Positions 25,008-34,679 of a stretch of DNA of 64,000 nucleotides are shown here, piece after piece. The notes beneath the pieces are model-generated. The model searched no databases and had not been told where the DNA came from. It worked only from the letters and a program-made list of their open reading frames with translations. The position numbers were made by a program, and so were the translations under genes. Location of the stretch: contig CAZKJM010000001.1 of assembly GCA_964553245.1 (NCBI GenBank), positions 296,977 to 360,976 on the forward strand, in the 5' to 3' direction. Each line of letters starts with the position of its first letter. The first letter of the stretch is position 1. The DNA is from an uncultured Gammaproteobacteria bacterium. Its GTDB lineage: Bacteria; Patescibacteriota; Microgenomatia; Levybacterales; UBA12049.

Positions 25008-27338
25008 TTAATTTTCTGCTGGCTTATCCAACTCTTCTTTATTTATATGAGCTTCTGCTTTAGCGCTCATCTCTTTTAATTGTACGTGCTTTTTTTCTTT
25101 GGTGTCAATCAACGTTTCTTCTTCCTCTTCTTTTTTTGTAATTTCCGATAGAACTGTTTTTGCTGCCTCAAGCTTTGCTTTAAGATAAGAAATTACTTCT
25201 GTTTGGGAAAAACCTCCAATAAGAAGGAAGGGAAGAATTGTTCCAACAGATTCCATCCCCTTGTTGATATTTTGAGGATCACTTGATAAAAGCTCTGTAA
25301 TTGTCTGGTCTATTTTAGACACATCTTCTTTTATCCATTCTTTTCTGTTTCTCTCTTTTCCTTCCAATGCTTTCGGAACTTCAAGATTTTGGTAATTTTC
25401 TATCCAGATTTTTCTAACAGATTCATAATCGTCAATATTTACGGATTGAACCCTATTGGCAACAGGGAAATTGCCCGAAGGAGAAGTGGTTAAATCAAGT
25501 ATTCCTGCTTGTTGAAGAATTACGCTGGCAATTTCGTTTCCCTTTTCCTTTGCTTCTTTTATTTTTTGCTTAAGGTCTTCCGAAATTTCTCCATTTCCTT
25601 TTTCAGAAGCATCAAGGATAGAGCTAGCTAAAGAATCTCCGCCTTTTGAAGCTTCCGTAAGCTTTGCCTTAATTTCTTTTAATCTTTGTTTATCGTAAGA
25701 AGAGGTAGCGTTTTCGGGATTTGCCAAGTTTTGTAATACACCGATAAGTTTTATATTTTCAGCCGCCACTCCCAACGCCTGAGCCGGAGCCGCACCAGCT
25801 GCAATATTTGAGGCTGTAAGAATCGAACCAGCAAGCTGATTACCTTTTTGGCTTTCTGAAGAAAGCTTAGCACCAACAGAAGAATATTTTTCTCGTTCAA
25901 TAGTGGACACTGCGCTCTTTGGATTTGCAATTTTTTGAAGAGACTGATGCATTCGCATTACATCCTGGCTTCTTGCGCTTTCTTTAGAGAGAAGAGCTGT
26001 TTCGTATTTTGCAATATCCCTCATTGTAGGAATATTTAAGTTTGCAAGATTGGCTATTTCCATGTTTGCCTGTTTTATATGCATTCTTGCCGCTTGAGAC
26101 ATAAAAGTAGCGGAATCTGCTCTAACTTCAGGTATCTCTATCTTTGCTCCATAAGGAAGATTCTTTGCCAAACCGCCTGCGTAAGGCATTGTCGGAGAAA
26201 CCGGAGCAGGAGGATTTGAACCAGGAGCAACTTTGGCCATAAGATTTGACCCATTTGACATCAATTGCTTAAACCAATTATCCTCACCCTCAGATAATGA
26301 ATATATATAATCAAGAAATATCTGTAAAAGTAAAAACGGCAAAATAATTACAACCCAAAGCATTAAAAGAGCTACGATGTATAAAGCAAAAGTATCTTTA
26401 TTGTTAATGCTATTTGTTAACGATAAAATCTGCTGAGGACCTCCAAGTAAAATATTAATTGCTGTTGGATAAATAACATCGCTGTTTTTAGCAAAATTTA
26501 ACGGAATGTTTGTATCAGATCTCCATATCTGGACAAGTCCTGCTAGAAAAATTGCAAAAAGCGGTCCATATAAAAGCCAGCGGAAAAATTCACCAACCCA
26601 GATTTTTGCTGTATTTCGAATCGGAGAATAAAACAGTAATAATGGGAATATCGGGGAAATAATTATAAAAAACCAAAGAATAATTTTCCTAAGAAGAAGT
26701 ATGCCCGACATTACGTAATAGGTGAGAGCTGTAAGCTTTACTAAAAGAAGAGAAATAAAGACGGATTCATCGTATTCCGGACCATAAATTCTAAAACCCT
26801 GGAAATCCTTGTATCCAAAACCAATATTTAAGAGGTTTTTCTGGGATATTATCTGGGTGGGATTAGAACCGGGAACGGTTAAGAAGAAGCCTTGAATAAT
26901 ATCCATTATTTGATAAATAAATTGAACTAGAGCAAAGGAAAAGGTAATTAATATTACAATAAAAATAAATCTTGGAATAAAGCGCATTATTGTAATATTT
27001 TTGCCGCGCGTTATTATAAGCAAGAATGCTGTTCCCAAAACAAATAGAATTAAAAATGCATAAGTGATATTTCGGATATTCGCCCAAAATCCTGCAATTG
27101 GATTTGACTGCCCTTTTGCTACATAAGACCAGTTATATCTTTGTAATGTCCAGTCTAAAAACTCTCCTGATCTTGCTCCTGATTTTCCCGAAAATGTAAC
27201 ATCTGCGTCTTTTATCCATTGAGCTTCTGATTGCGTTGACGATTGTGAGCCTCCTGTTTGAGCATAAGTTTCTGAATTAAAAAATAGGAAGACTATAAGA
27301 GAAATTATTGTTAAAAATAGGGCAGTTATTTTTTTCAT
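25008..27338 (-). CDS. VirB6/TrbL-like polytopic membrane protein with a large C-terminal coiled-coil/hydrophilic domain
   Basis: 776 aa with a signal peptide, about 6 TM helices (residues 90-340) and a C-terminal extension of about 430 aa that is Ala/Lys/Glu-rich. This architecture matches ConG/TcpH/VirB6-type proteins. Confidence 0.4.
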   Translation of the reverse strand: MKKITALFLTIISLIVFLFFNSETYAQTGGSQSSTQSEAQWIKDADVTFSGKSGARSGEFLDWTLQRYNWSYVAKGQSNPIAGFWANIRNITYAFLILFVLGTAFLLIITRGKNITIMRFIPRFIFIVILITFSFALVQFIYQIMDIIQGFFLTVPGSNPTQIISQKNLLNIGFGYKDFQGFRIYGPEYDESVFISLLLVKLTALTYYVMSGILLLRKIILWFFIIISPIFPLLLFYSPIRNTAKIWVGEFFRWLLYGPLFAIFLAGLVQIWRSDTNIPLNFAKNSDVIYPTAINILLGGPQQILSLTNSINNKDTFALYIVALLMLWVVIILPFLLLQIFLDYIYSLSEGEDNWFKQLMSNGSNLMAKVAPGSNPPAPVSPTMPYAGGLAKNLPYGAKIEIPEVRADSATFMSQAARMHIKQANMEIANLANLNIPTMRDIAKYETALLSKESARSQDVMRMHQSLQKIANPKSAVSTIEREKYSSVGAKLSSESQKGNQLAGSILTASNIAAGAAPAQALGVAAENIKLIGVLQNLANPENATSSYDKQRLKEIKAKLTEASKGGDSLASSILDASEKGNGEISEDLKQKIKEAKEKGNEIASVILQQAGILDLTTSPSGNFPVANRVQSVNIDDYESVRKIWIENYQNLEVPKALEGKERNRKEWIKEDVSKIDQTITELLSSDPQNINKGMESVGTILPFLLIGGFSQTEVISYLKAKLEAAKTVLSEITKKEEEEETLIDTKEKKHVQLKEMSAKAEAHINKEELDKPAEN

Positions 27339-27340
27339 CT

Positions 27341-27634
27341 TTAACTAAATCCGGGAATTCGTAAAACATCGACCGCAATTACCTGAATAAAAACATAACC
27401 GAAAATTGCCAGTAAAAGCCCTGCTATGGCATAGTAAATATAGCTTTTTCCGTTATTTAATTTATCTGGATTACCCCTTGAGGTAACAATAATATAACCG
27501 CCGTAAATTATAAATATCAAAGAAACCCCACCGATTAAACCAAGTCCTATTGCATAAAATTTTGAGACAAAACCGGGTACTGTATTTGGAATACAACCAA
27601 GTTCTGTCCAAGTTTCATTTGCTTGACAGTTCAT
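27341..27634 (-). CDS. Small two-TM protein (T4SS pilin/TrbC-VirB2-like or ConC-like), co-transcribed with the VirB6-like gene
   Basis: 97 aa with two hydrophobic helices separated by a short polar loop (TSRGNPDKLNNGKS). A 3-bp gap separates it from the downstream gene. Confidence 0.3.
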   Translation of the reverse strand: MNCQANETWTELGCIPNTVPGFVSKFYAIGLGLIGGVSLIFIIYGGYIIVTSRGNPDKLNNGKSYIYYAIAGLLLAIFGYVFIQVIAVDVLRIPGFS

Positions 27635-27663
27635 AACTAAATCGTAGCATATTTAAGAGGCTT

Positions 27664-28548
27664 TTAAAACCAGGATCTTTTCTTTTTTCCCTCTTCTTCG
27701 AACTCTTCTAAAAGACCTTTTTGTTTTCCTGTTATATTTTTTGGTACCGTAAGCTTAATTCTTACGTAATGATCACCTTTACTTGATCCTCTTATGTGCT
27801 TTATTCCTTTTTGTGCGAGTCTTATTATTGTATTAGGCTGTGTACCCTGAGGAATTCTGATCTTAACAATTCCATCAACGGTTTCAATTTCCGTTTGACC
27901 ACCCAAAATTGCCTCCGTAAATGAAATTTCTTTTTCCGATATAACATTATAACCTTCTCTTTGAAATCTTTTATCCGGTTTTACTTCTATTAAAACATCG
28001 TATTCACCAAAACTGATCCTTGATCCACTATCAACTCCTGCGGGTATTTTAATTGTCTGTTGTTTCCCCTCAATGGATATTTTTTTAGAAACTCCTTTAA
28101 CTGCCTCCATAAAATCTATCGTTAGTGAATAAACAGGTTTTCTTTGTCTTCTGCCAAAAGGGGAAGCACCACCAAAAAATTGTTCGAATATTTCAAAAGG
28201 GTCATTAAATCCACCAAAGTCAAAACCTCCTCCTTGCCCAGAAGTTGAATAAGTATAAGTAAAAGGACCATATTGTCCGCCTTGTTGGTTAAATCCACCA
28301 AAAGGACCCTGACCAGCGCCTTGTTCAAAAGCAGCATGACCATATTGATCATAGGTTTGTTTTTTTTGTGGATCGGATAAGACTTCGTATGCTTTAGTAA
28401 CCTCTTTAAACTTTCCCTCTGATTCCTTTCCCTTATTTCTATCAGGATGGTACTGTAAAGCTAGTTTTCGGTAAGCTTTTTTAATTTCGTCTGCTGTTGC
28501 CGACTTTGTTAATCCTAATATCTGATAATAATCTTTTGTAGCTGCCAT
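27664..28548 (-). CDS. dnaJ: DnaJ-class co-chaperone lacking the Cys-rich zinc-finger domain (CbpA/type II-like)
   Basis: 294 aa. It has a J-domain (DYYQILGL...HPDRN), a G/F-rich linker and C-terminal substrate-binding domains. No CxxCxGxG repeats are present. Confidence 0.75.
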   Translation of the reverse strand: MAATKDYYQILGLTKSATADEIKKAYRKLALQYHPDRNKGKESEGKFKEVTKAYEVLSDPQKKQTYDQYGHAAFEQGAGQGPFGGFNQQGGQYGPFTYTYSTSGQGGGFDFGGFNDPFEIFEQFFGGASPFGRRQRKPVYSLTIDFMEAVKGVSKKISIEGKQQTIKIPAGVDSGSRISFGEYDVLIEVKPDKRFQREGYNVISEKEISFTEAILGGQTEIETVDGIVKIRIPQGTQPNTIIRLAQKGIKHIRGSSKGDHYVRIKLTVPKNITGKQKGLLEEFEEEGKKKRSWF

Positions 28549-28565
28549 AAGCGTATTATATTATA

Positions 28566-28589
28566 AAAGGCGCCTTTTATTGCGCCTTT
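28566..28589 (-). terminator. Hairpin AAAGGCGC-N8-GCGCCTTT between dnaK and dnaJ (attenuating terminator)
   Basis: An 8-bp stem flanked by T-runs on the minus strand. It sits in the usual dnaK-dnaJ intergenic terminator position. Confidence 0.4.
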
Positions 28590-28615
28590 CTGATTTTTGA
28601 TTTCGGATTTCTGGA

Positions 28616-30547
28616 TTAGTTAACCACTTCTCCTTCAATCGGTTCATCGGTTGAAGTTTTTTCGTTCTTTTTTTCTCCGTTTGTTTCTGAATTTTCTTCC
28701 TGAGACTGTTCTTGTGTTGGATTTTGTCCAGCTTGTTGACCTTGAGCTGAGTTTGCCGAAGCATACATTGCCTGACCCACTTTTTGCAAAGAATCGGAAA
28801 GGTCTTTTGTTTTTGTTTCTACTTCTTCTTTTGTACCTGAATCTAAAATTTTCTTAAGATCTTCGATTTTATCTTCTACTTCTTTTTTAAGATCTGCGTC
28901 TACTTTTTCTCCACCTTCTCTTAATGTTTTTTCTGCAGTAAAGATTAATGAATCTGCCTGATTTCTTACCTCTACCTTTTCTTTCTTTTCTGCGTCTTCT
29001 TGAGCATGAGCTTCTGCCTCTTTTGTCATTCGCTCAATCTCTTCTTTATTAAGACCTGTTGATCCAGTAATCTTAATACTCTGCTCTTTTCCCGTTGCTT
29101 TATCTTGAGCTTTTACATTCAAAATTCCGTTTGCATCAATATCAAAAGTTACCTCAATTTGAGGAATACCACGCGGTGCTGGAGGAATACCATCTAAAAC
29201 AAACCTTCCAAGAGATTTATTATCTGTTGCCATTGGTCTTTCTCCCTGTAAAACATTAATTTCCACTTGAGTTTGATTATCTGCTGCCGTTGAAAAAACC
29301 TGTGATTTTGAAGTTGGAATCGTTGTATTCCTATTAATTAATGGTGTTGAAACCCCACCTAAAGTTTCTATTCCTAAAGTTAGGGGAGTAACATCGAGCA
29401 GTAACACATCTTTTACTTCTCCTCCTAAAACCCCGCCCTGGACCGCAGCTCCGATTGCAACTACTTCATCCGGATTTACCGATTTATTTGGTTCCTTACC
29501 AAAAAACTTAGTTACTGCCTCAACCACTTTTGGCATTCTGGTCATTCCACCGACTAATACTATTTCGTCTATGTCCGATATTTTTACTTTTGCGTCTTTT
29601 AATGCTAACTCAACCGGTTTTAAGGTTTTTTGAATTAGAGGATCAACGATTTGTTCTAATTTTGCCCTAGTCAAAGTCATTGTTAAATGAAGTGGACCGT
29701 CTTTTCCCTGAGTTATAAAAGCCTGATTAATCTGGGCTTCCTGGGCAGTTGAAAGCTCAATTTTTGCTTTTTCTGCTGATTCTCTTAATCTCTGTAACGC
29801 TTGAGGGTCTTTTCTTAAATCAACTCCGTTTTCTTTTTTAAATTCATCTGCAAAATAATCTATTATTGCCTGATCAAAATCATCTCCGCCCAAATGCGTA
29901 TCTCCATTTGTGGATTTTACTTCATAAACTCCTTCTCCTAATTCAAGAATTGAGATATCAAACGTTCCTCCTCCTAAATCATAAACTGCGATTGTATGAG
30001 CATTTTTCTTATCTAAGCCATAGGCCAGTGCCGCTGCTGTTGGTTCATTGATGATTCTTAAAACTTCAAGTCCGGCGATTTCTCCCGCTTGCTTTGTCGC
30101 CTGTCTTTGTGAATCATCAAAGTATGCAGGAACAGTAATAACAGCCTGCGTTACTTTCCCGCCTAAATAATTTTCCGCATCGCCTTTAATCTTTTGTAAA
30201 ATTTGAGCGGATAATTCTTGAGGCGTAAATGTTCTTCCTTCTACTTCTACAACCGCCATTCCGTCACGACCGGATTTTATTACGTAAGGAAGCCATTTCA
30301 TGTCTCTTTGAACAGATTCGTCGGTAAATTTCTTTCCCATTAATCTCTTTATGGAAAAGATTGTTGTTTTTGGTTTTAAAACAACTTGTCTTTTGGCAAC
30401 ATCACCAACGACGTGCTTTATCGGATCAACCACCGATGGAATCACGTTTCTACCTTCTCTTGAGTGAATAACTTTTGGTGATCCACCCTCCATTACAGCT
30501 ACGCATGAATTTGTTGTACCTAAGTCAATCCCTATTATTTTTCCCAT
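28616..30547 (-). CDS. dnaK: Molecular chaperone DnaK (Hsp70)
   Basis: 643 aa ([18 protein letters not shown]...DLGGGTFD...). It has a low-complexity acidic C-terminal tail. Confidence 0.95.
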   Translation of the reverse strand: MGKIIGIDLGTTNSCVAVMEGGSPKVIHSREGRNVIPSVVDPIKHVVGDVAKRQVVLKPKTTIFSIKRLMGKKFTDESVQRDMKWLPYVIKSGRDGMAVVEVEGRTFTPQELSAQILQKIKGDAENYLGGKVTQAVITVPAYFDDSQRQATKQAGEIAGLEVLRIINEPTAAALAYGLDKKNAHTIAVYDLGGGTFDISILELGEGVYEVKSTNGDTHLGGDDFDQAIIDYFADEFKKENGVDLRKDPQALQRLRESAEKAKIELSTAQEAQINQAFITQGKDGPLHLTMTLTRAKLEQIVDPLIQKTLKPVELALKDAKVKISDIDEIVLVGGMTRMPKVVEAVTKFFGKEPNKSVNPDEVVAIGAAVQGGVLGGEVKDVLLLDVTPLTLGIETLGGVSTPLINRNTTIPTSKSQVFSTAADNQTQVEINVLQGERPMATDNKSLGRFVLDGIPPAPRGIPQIEVTFDIDANGILNVKAQDKATGKEQSIKITGSTGLNKEEIERMTKEAEAHAQEDAEKKEKVEVRNQADSLIFTAEKTLREGGEKVDADLKKEVEDKIEDLKKILDSGTKEEVETKTKDLSDSLQKVGQAMYASANSAQGQQAGQNPTQEQSQEENSETNGEKKNEKTSTDEPIEGEVVN

Positions 30548-30620
30548 AATTATTCTAGCCTTTAGTTTGCTAGCGATTAGTATCTAGTTATATTTTAGCT
30601 AGGTTCTAAGCGCTAATCAA

Positions 30621-31103
30621 CTAAATAGCTGTTTTACCTACAACCACCTGTGCCGGTCTTAAAATTCTATCATATAATGTATATCCTGCTTTTACTTCTT
30701 CTGTGACCATACCATCTTTTCCCTCTATCGTCTGTACGCATTCCATTGTTTCCGGATTAAATTCTTTACCGATAACTTCAATTTTCTTAACTCCCTCATT
30801 TTCTAATGCTGCTAAAAATTGCTTTATGCTTAAAACTATTCCTTCGTCTTGAGTATGTTTTTCCGCAAGCATTAAATTATCAACTGCCGGAAGAAGTCTT
30901 AATAAAAGTTGTTTATTTGCAAGTTTTATCCATTCGGACTTATCTTCCGCAACTCTTTTTTCCAAATTTTGATAGTCTGCCAATGTACGTTTTAACTGAT
31001 GCCTTAATCCTTCTAATTCTTCTTCTATTTTAATTAGATCTTTCTTTGTCTCCTTAATCTCTTTTGTTGAATCTTTCTTCATTTGTAAAATATATTTTAC
31101 CAT
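30621..31103 (-). CDS. grpE: Nucleotide exchange factor GrpE
   Basis: 160 aa with an N-terminal coiled coil and a C-terminal GrpE beta-domain. It overlaps the end of hrcA. Confidence 0.85.
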   Translation of the reverse strand: MVKYILQMKKDSTKEIKETKKDLIKIEEELEGLRHQLKRTLADYQNLEKRVAEDKSEWIKLANKQLLLRLLPAVDNLMLAEKHTQDEGIVLSIKQFLAALENEGVKKIEVIGKEFNPETMECVQTIEGKDGMVTEEVKAGYTLYDRILRPAQVVVGKTAI

Positions 31104-31828
31104 CCCCGGGCAATTTCGTTAATTAAATTCTTAAAATATCTAACTGTTGGTATAACATAATTATAGTTTAATCTATTTGGTCCCAAAACTCCTATTTCTC
31201 CCGATAAATGCATAGGAGTTTCGTAATGGGTAAAAACAAACCCATATGGTCCCTGAAGCTTTGGACCAAGTTCATCTCCTAAAAGAACATGAACATCTCC
31301 GTCGTCTATTTGACTATTAAATATACTGTTAAAGTACTCAAATTCGTCCAATACAGATAAAAGATTTTTTGTAATATCTATATCAAAAAACTCCGGCAAA
31401 TCTAATATATTTGCATATCCAGAGCAGAAAAAATTTCCATCATTAGTCGTTGCAATCGCCAATGATCCTGTTCTTTCTGCTAAAGATCTCGTTAGCTGTT
31501 TTAAGAACTTATCCTCACGGTCTCTTAAATCCCAAACTTTCTCTTTTAATGAAACTTCTTCTGCTGTAGAGAGCTCTTTTTCCTTCATTAACTGGCTTAC
31601 ATAAAATTTCATTCCAGCCGGTGTCGGAACGCGTCCTGCCGATATATGCGGTTTTTTTAAATAACCAAGCTCTGTAAGCTTTACCATTTCGTTTCTAATG
31701 GTAGCCGGTGACGCAGACAAATTATGTTTTTTTTCTAAAGTCTCCGAGCCAACAGCTTCTGCTGTTTCTATATACTCTTCAATAAGGCTTTTTAGAATTT
31801 CTACCTGCCTTTGAGTAAGATCATGCAT
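31097..31828 (-). CDS. hrcA: Heat-inducible transcription repressor HrcA
   Basis: 243 aa with an N-terminal winged helix (QRQVEILKSLIEEY...ATIRNEM). It is the first gene of the hrcA-grpE-dnaK-dnaJ operon. Confidence 0.85.
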   Translation of the reverse strand: MHDLTQRQVEILKSLIEEYIETAEAVGSETLEKKHNLSASPATIRNEMVKLTELGYLKKPHISAGRVPTPAGMKFYVSQLMKEKELSTAEEVSLKEKVWDLRDREDKFLKQLTRSLAERTGSLAIATTNDGNFFCSGYANILDLPEFFDIDITKNLLSVLDEFEYFNSIFNSQIDDGDVHVLLGDELGPKLQGPYGFVFTHYETPMHLSGEIGVLGPNRLNYNYVIPTVRYFKNLINEIARGW

Positions 31829-31848
31829 AAATCTCTCCCCTATTTGAC

Positions 31849-31886
31849 TTAGCAGTAATATAACACGACTGCCAATTTATTGTCAA
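31849..31886 (-). promoter_or_regulatory. hrcA promoter (TTGACA-N17-TTATAT) overlapping a CIRCE-like inverted repeat TTGGCAGTCG-N9-ACTGCTAA
   Basis: In minus-strand sense the sequence reads GGGTCTTGACAATAAATTGGCAGTCGTGTTATATTACTGCTAA. The arms match the CIRCE consensus TTAGCACTC-N9-GAGTGCTAA at 7/9 and 7/9 positions. Confidence 0.5.
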
Positions 31887-32006
31887 GACCCAATTTTTAA
31901 CAAAACAAAAGCCCTAGCTAGGCAATACTATTTAAATCGATCAGGGAACAATTTAAAGCCTGTTAACTTTTGGCTCCTTTTATTGATAGAATAAGAAAAT
32001 AAAACT

Positions 32007-34085
32007 ATGGCAAAAAATTTTGTAAAACTGTTAAAGAATCTTAAAAAAATAAATAATTTTCTAATCAAGAATTTTGAAATTGTCTCAACTTGTCTCGCCT
32101 TTGCCTTTGCTTACGCTTTTATTTTTATTACCTTAGACGCAAGTCACGTAATAACACCTACTACTGTTACAGGTGGTGACACCGGCTCGCATATTTATAT
32201 TCCTTATTACTTAAAACAGATTTTTCCGCTTTTAAAATGGTGGTCGCCCGACTGGTACAGTGGTTTTCCATTTCTTTATTTTTATCCACCTCTATTTTAT
32301 GCATTAACCGTAATTCTAAGTTTTATTATTCCTTTGGATATTTCATTTAAGGTTGTTATTTTTTCCATCGTTCTTCTTTATCCCCTATCTTTTTACCTTA
32401 CCTTAAAATGGTTAAATCTAAAAACACCAATTCCTCAACTAGGAACAATTTTTAGCATATTTATAATCTTTTTGGAAAAATTCTCTATTTACGGCGGTAA
32501 TTTACCAAGTCTTTTATCTGGGCAATTTTCCCATACAGCAAGTATTGCTTTTCTTTTTATGTTTTTAAGTCTTATGCATAAAGGGATCTCCGAACAAAAA
32601 TATCTTGTGCTTAATATTCTTTTAGGGAGTTTTATAATTCTTTCCCATCCAACATCCGGACTTTTATTAATTTTATTGGCTCCTTTTTTTATTCTTCAGA
32701 CAAAATCGCTTAAAAAAAATCTTTACTATATATTTTTTGTATATTTAGGAGTATTTTTAATTACTTCTTTTTGGACGTTAAGCCTAGTTTATTATCAAGG
32801 CTATGCGGGAATTATGAAGTGGACAAAGGAAATAAGGCTTGACTATTTATTTCCCGAATACTGGCGGATGTTAAGTTTTAGCGCTGGGCTTGCAATTTTA
32901 CTGATAATTATTAAAAGAGAAATAAAATTCCTGCCCACAATTGCACTCACCGCAATTTGCTTAATTGCTTATTTTTATTTGGATAATTACAATGTCTGGA
33001 ATACAAGATTCTTGCCTTATATCCTGTACGCAACAATTCTTTTTTCCAGTTATTTTATTGGATATACAATTTCTTTGTTTAGAAGAAAATTAATAATCAT
33101 CGCTTATTTATTAATATGCATTCCTATGGCTTTTTCACTTTTTACCATAAAAAACAACACTAGCTACAGTGCATATTGGTTTAAGTGGAATTTTGAAGGA
33201 TATCAGGTTAAGAACCCATGGATTGAGCTTGAAAACTTATTTTCCTATTTAAAAACTCAACCCGAAGGAAGAGTTATGTGGGAATACCATCCTGATTTTG
33301 GAAAATACGGAACCCCAAGAGTACTTGAGGCAATAACTGTTTTTACAAAAAAACCGACTTTCGAAGGATTATTAATTGAGTCTGGATTAAGTGGGCCCTT
33401 TCATTTTATAAACCAAACTGAAACTTCCGAAAAACCAACTGCTGCAATTGCCGGATTTATTTATCCCCAATTTGAATTTGAAAGAGGCATAAAACATCTT
33501 AAAATGTCCGGTGCTAAATATTTTATCGCCTATTCTACGCTTATAAAAAACAAGGCTGATGAGAACCCAGATCTTGTTAAATTGAAAATAATAGATCCTT
33601 TTATTGTTTATAAAATATCTGACTCCGAATTAGTTGAACCTGTTAAAAACTTCACTATCCAAAAACGGGAAAAAGATTGGCTTAAAAAAGCGATTGAATG
33701 GTATAAGGGAAACGATTTGGAAAAACCGATTGTTTTTGTTGATAATCAAAAACAAATAAAAGAATTGAATTCCGTCGATTTAAAATCCATTGGAAAAGTT
33801 AAAAATATTAAAGTAACAAAAGATTCCATAGAGTTTGATGCAAATGAAATTAACCAGCCTTATATTGTAAAAATATCTTACTTTCCAACCTGGAGAGCAG
33901 AAGGCGCTAGGGGCCCATTCTTAGTTTCCCCAAGTTATATGATGGTCATTCCGACGCAAAATCACACAAAGCTTTATTTTACCTATGGATGGATCGACTG
34001 GCTCGGAATAGGACTAACCGTTACTGGGATAGGATATTTATTTTTTGTAAAAATATTTTCTCCAAAGATTTTTAAAAAAGGGTAG
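32007..34085 (+). CDS. Large polytopic membrane protein (GT-C-fold glycosyltransferase-like, with a C-terminal soluble domain)
   Basis: 692 aa. About 12 N-terminal TM helices are followed by a hydrophilic domain of about 250 aa. It has the same overall architecture as the proteins at 40210, 56156 and 57847. Confidence 0.3.
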   Translation: MAKNFVKLLKNLKKINNFLIKNFEIVSTCLAFAFAYAFIFITLDASHVITPTTVTGGDTGSHIYIPYYLKQIFPLLKWWSPDWYSGFPFLYFYPPLFYALTVILSFIIPLDISFKVVIFSIVLLYPLSFYLTLKWLNLKTPIPQLGTIFSIFIIFLEKFSIYGGNLPSLLSGQFSHTASIAFLFMFLSLMHKGISEQKYLVLNILLGSFIILSHPTSGLLLILLAPFFILQTKSLKKNLYYIFFVYLGVFLITSFWTLSLVYYQGYAGIMKWTKEIRLDYLFPEYWRMLSFSAGLAILLIIIKREIKFLPTIALTAICLIAYFYLDNYNVWNTRFLPYILYATILFSSYFIGYTISLFRRKLIIIAYLLICIPMAFSLFTIKNNTSYSAYWFKWNFEGYQVKNPWIELENLFSYLKTQPEGRVMWEYHPDFGKYGTPRVLEAITVFTKKPTFEGLLIESGLSGPFHFINQTETSEKPTAAIAGFIYPQFEFERGIKHLKMSGAKYFIAYSTLIKNKADENPDLVKLKIIDPFIVYKISDSELVEPVKNFTIQKREKDWLKKAIEWYKGNDLEKPIVFVDNQKQIKELNSVDLKSIGKVKNIKVTKDSIEFDANEINQPYIVKISYFPTWRAEGARGPFLVSPSYMMVIPTQNHTKLYFTYGWIDWLGIGLTVTGIGYLFFVKIFSPKIFKKG

Positions 34086-34346
34086 AGTTAAAGTTAATAA
34101 TAAAAACCCAATCGTTGGAACAATTGCATTTAGCCACGGATTGGAAAGTTTTATAATCAAGAAGTACAAAGAAACAGCAAGGTAGGTAAAAATTGCTATC
34201 AACAATTTTCTGAACACGCTTGTTTCCCAAGCCTTGTCGATTTACACTCTTTTATTTCTTTCTTCAATTTTCCTAATTCTCTCTTCAAAATTATTTTTCA
34301 CGGGATAATTATAACAAAATAAATGTGCTTCTGTTAAAATTGATCC

Positions 34347-34679
34347 ATGAGGAAAAAAAGATCTTTTGGGTTATTTACATTAAGCCTGATTTCATTAGCA
34401 GGAATTATCTATTTTCTTTTTTTTACTGCGCCTGAAGCAAAATTTTCAATTTTAAATTTTCAATTTTCAAATCTTGTTGTTTTTTTCCTGCTTTTGTTTT
34501 TATTTCTTTTTTCATTTTTTTCTTGCATTTTAAGAAAATTTAAGCACGGATTATTAATCGGGACTTTTGGAACATCGCTTTTGCTTCTATATTTATCCAA
34601 GCTTGCCCATATTTATTTTATTTTCCTTCTTGTTGCGCTTTTTATACTTTTGGAATTTCTATTTAGAAAAGAAGCTTAA
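34347..34679 (+). CDS. Small hydrophobic membrane protein
   Basis: 110 aa with 3 TM helices. It is preceded by a noncoding stretch of about 260 bp. Confidence 0.3.
   Translation: MRKKRSFGLFTLSLISLAGIIYFLFFTAPEAKFSILNFQFSNLVVFFLLLFLFLFSFFSCILRKFKHGLLIGTFGTSLLLLYLSKLAHIYFIFLLVALFILLEFLFRKEA

Noticed and set aside
28561-28764. 67-aa highly basic ORF overlapping the 3' end of dnaK
   Set aside because: It is in an alternative frame of the Lys/Glu-rich dnaK tail, has no RBS and has the composition typical of a frame-shifted read of a low-complexity region.
30548-30620. Possible CIRCE element or promoter between grpE and dnaK
   Set aside because: A TTGATT-N17-TAAAAT promoter-like pair and several CTAGC/AGCGCT palindromes are present. 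However, the inverted-repeat arms match the CIRCE consensus poorly (5-7 of 9 with the wrong spacing), so the call is too weak.
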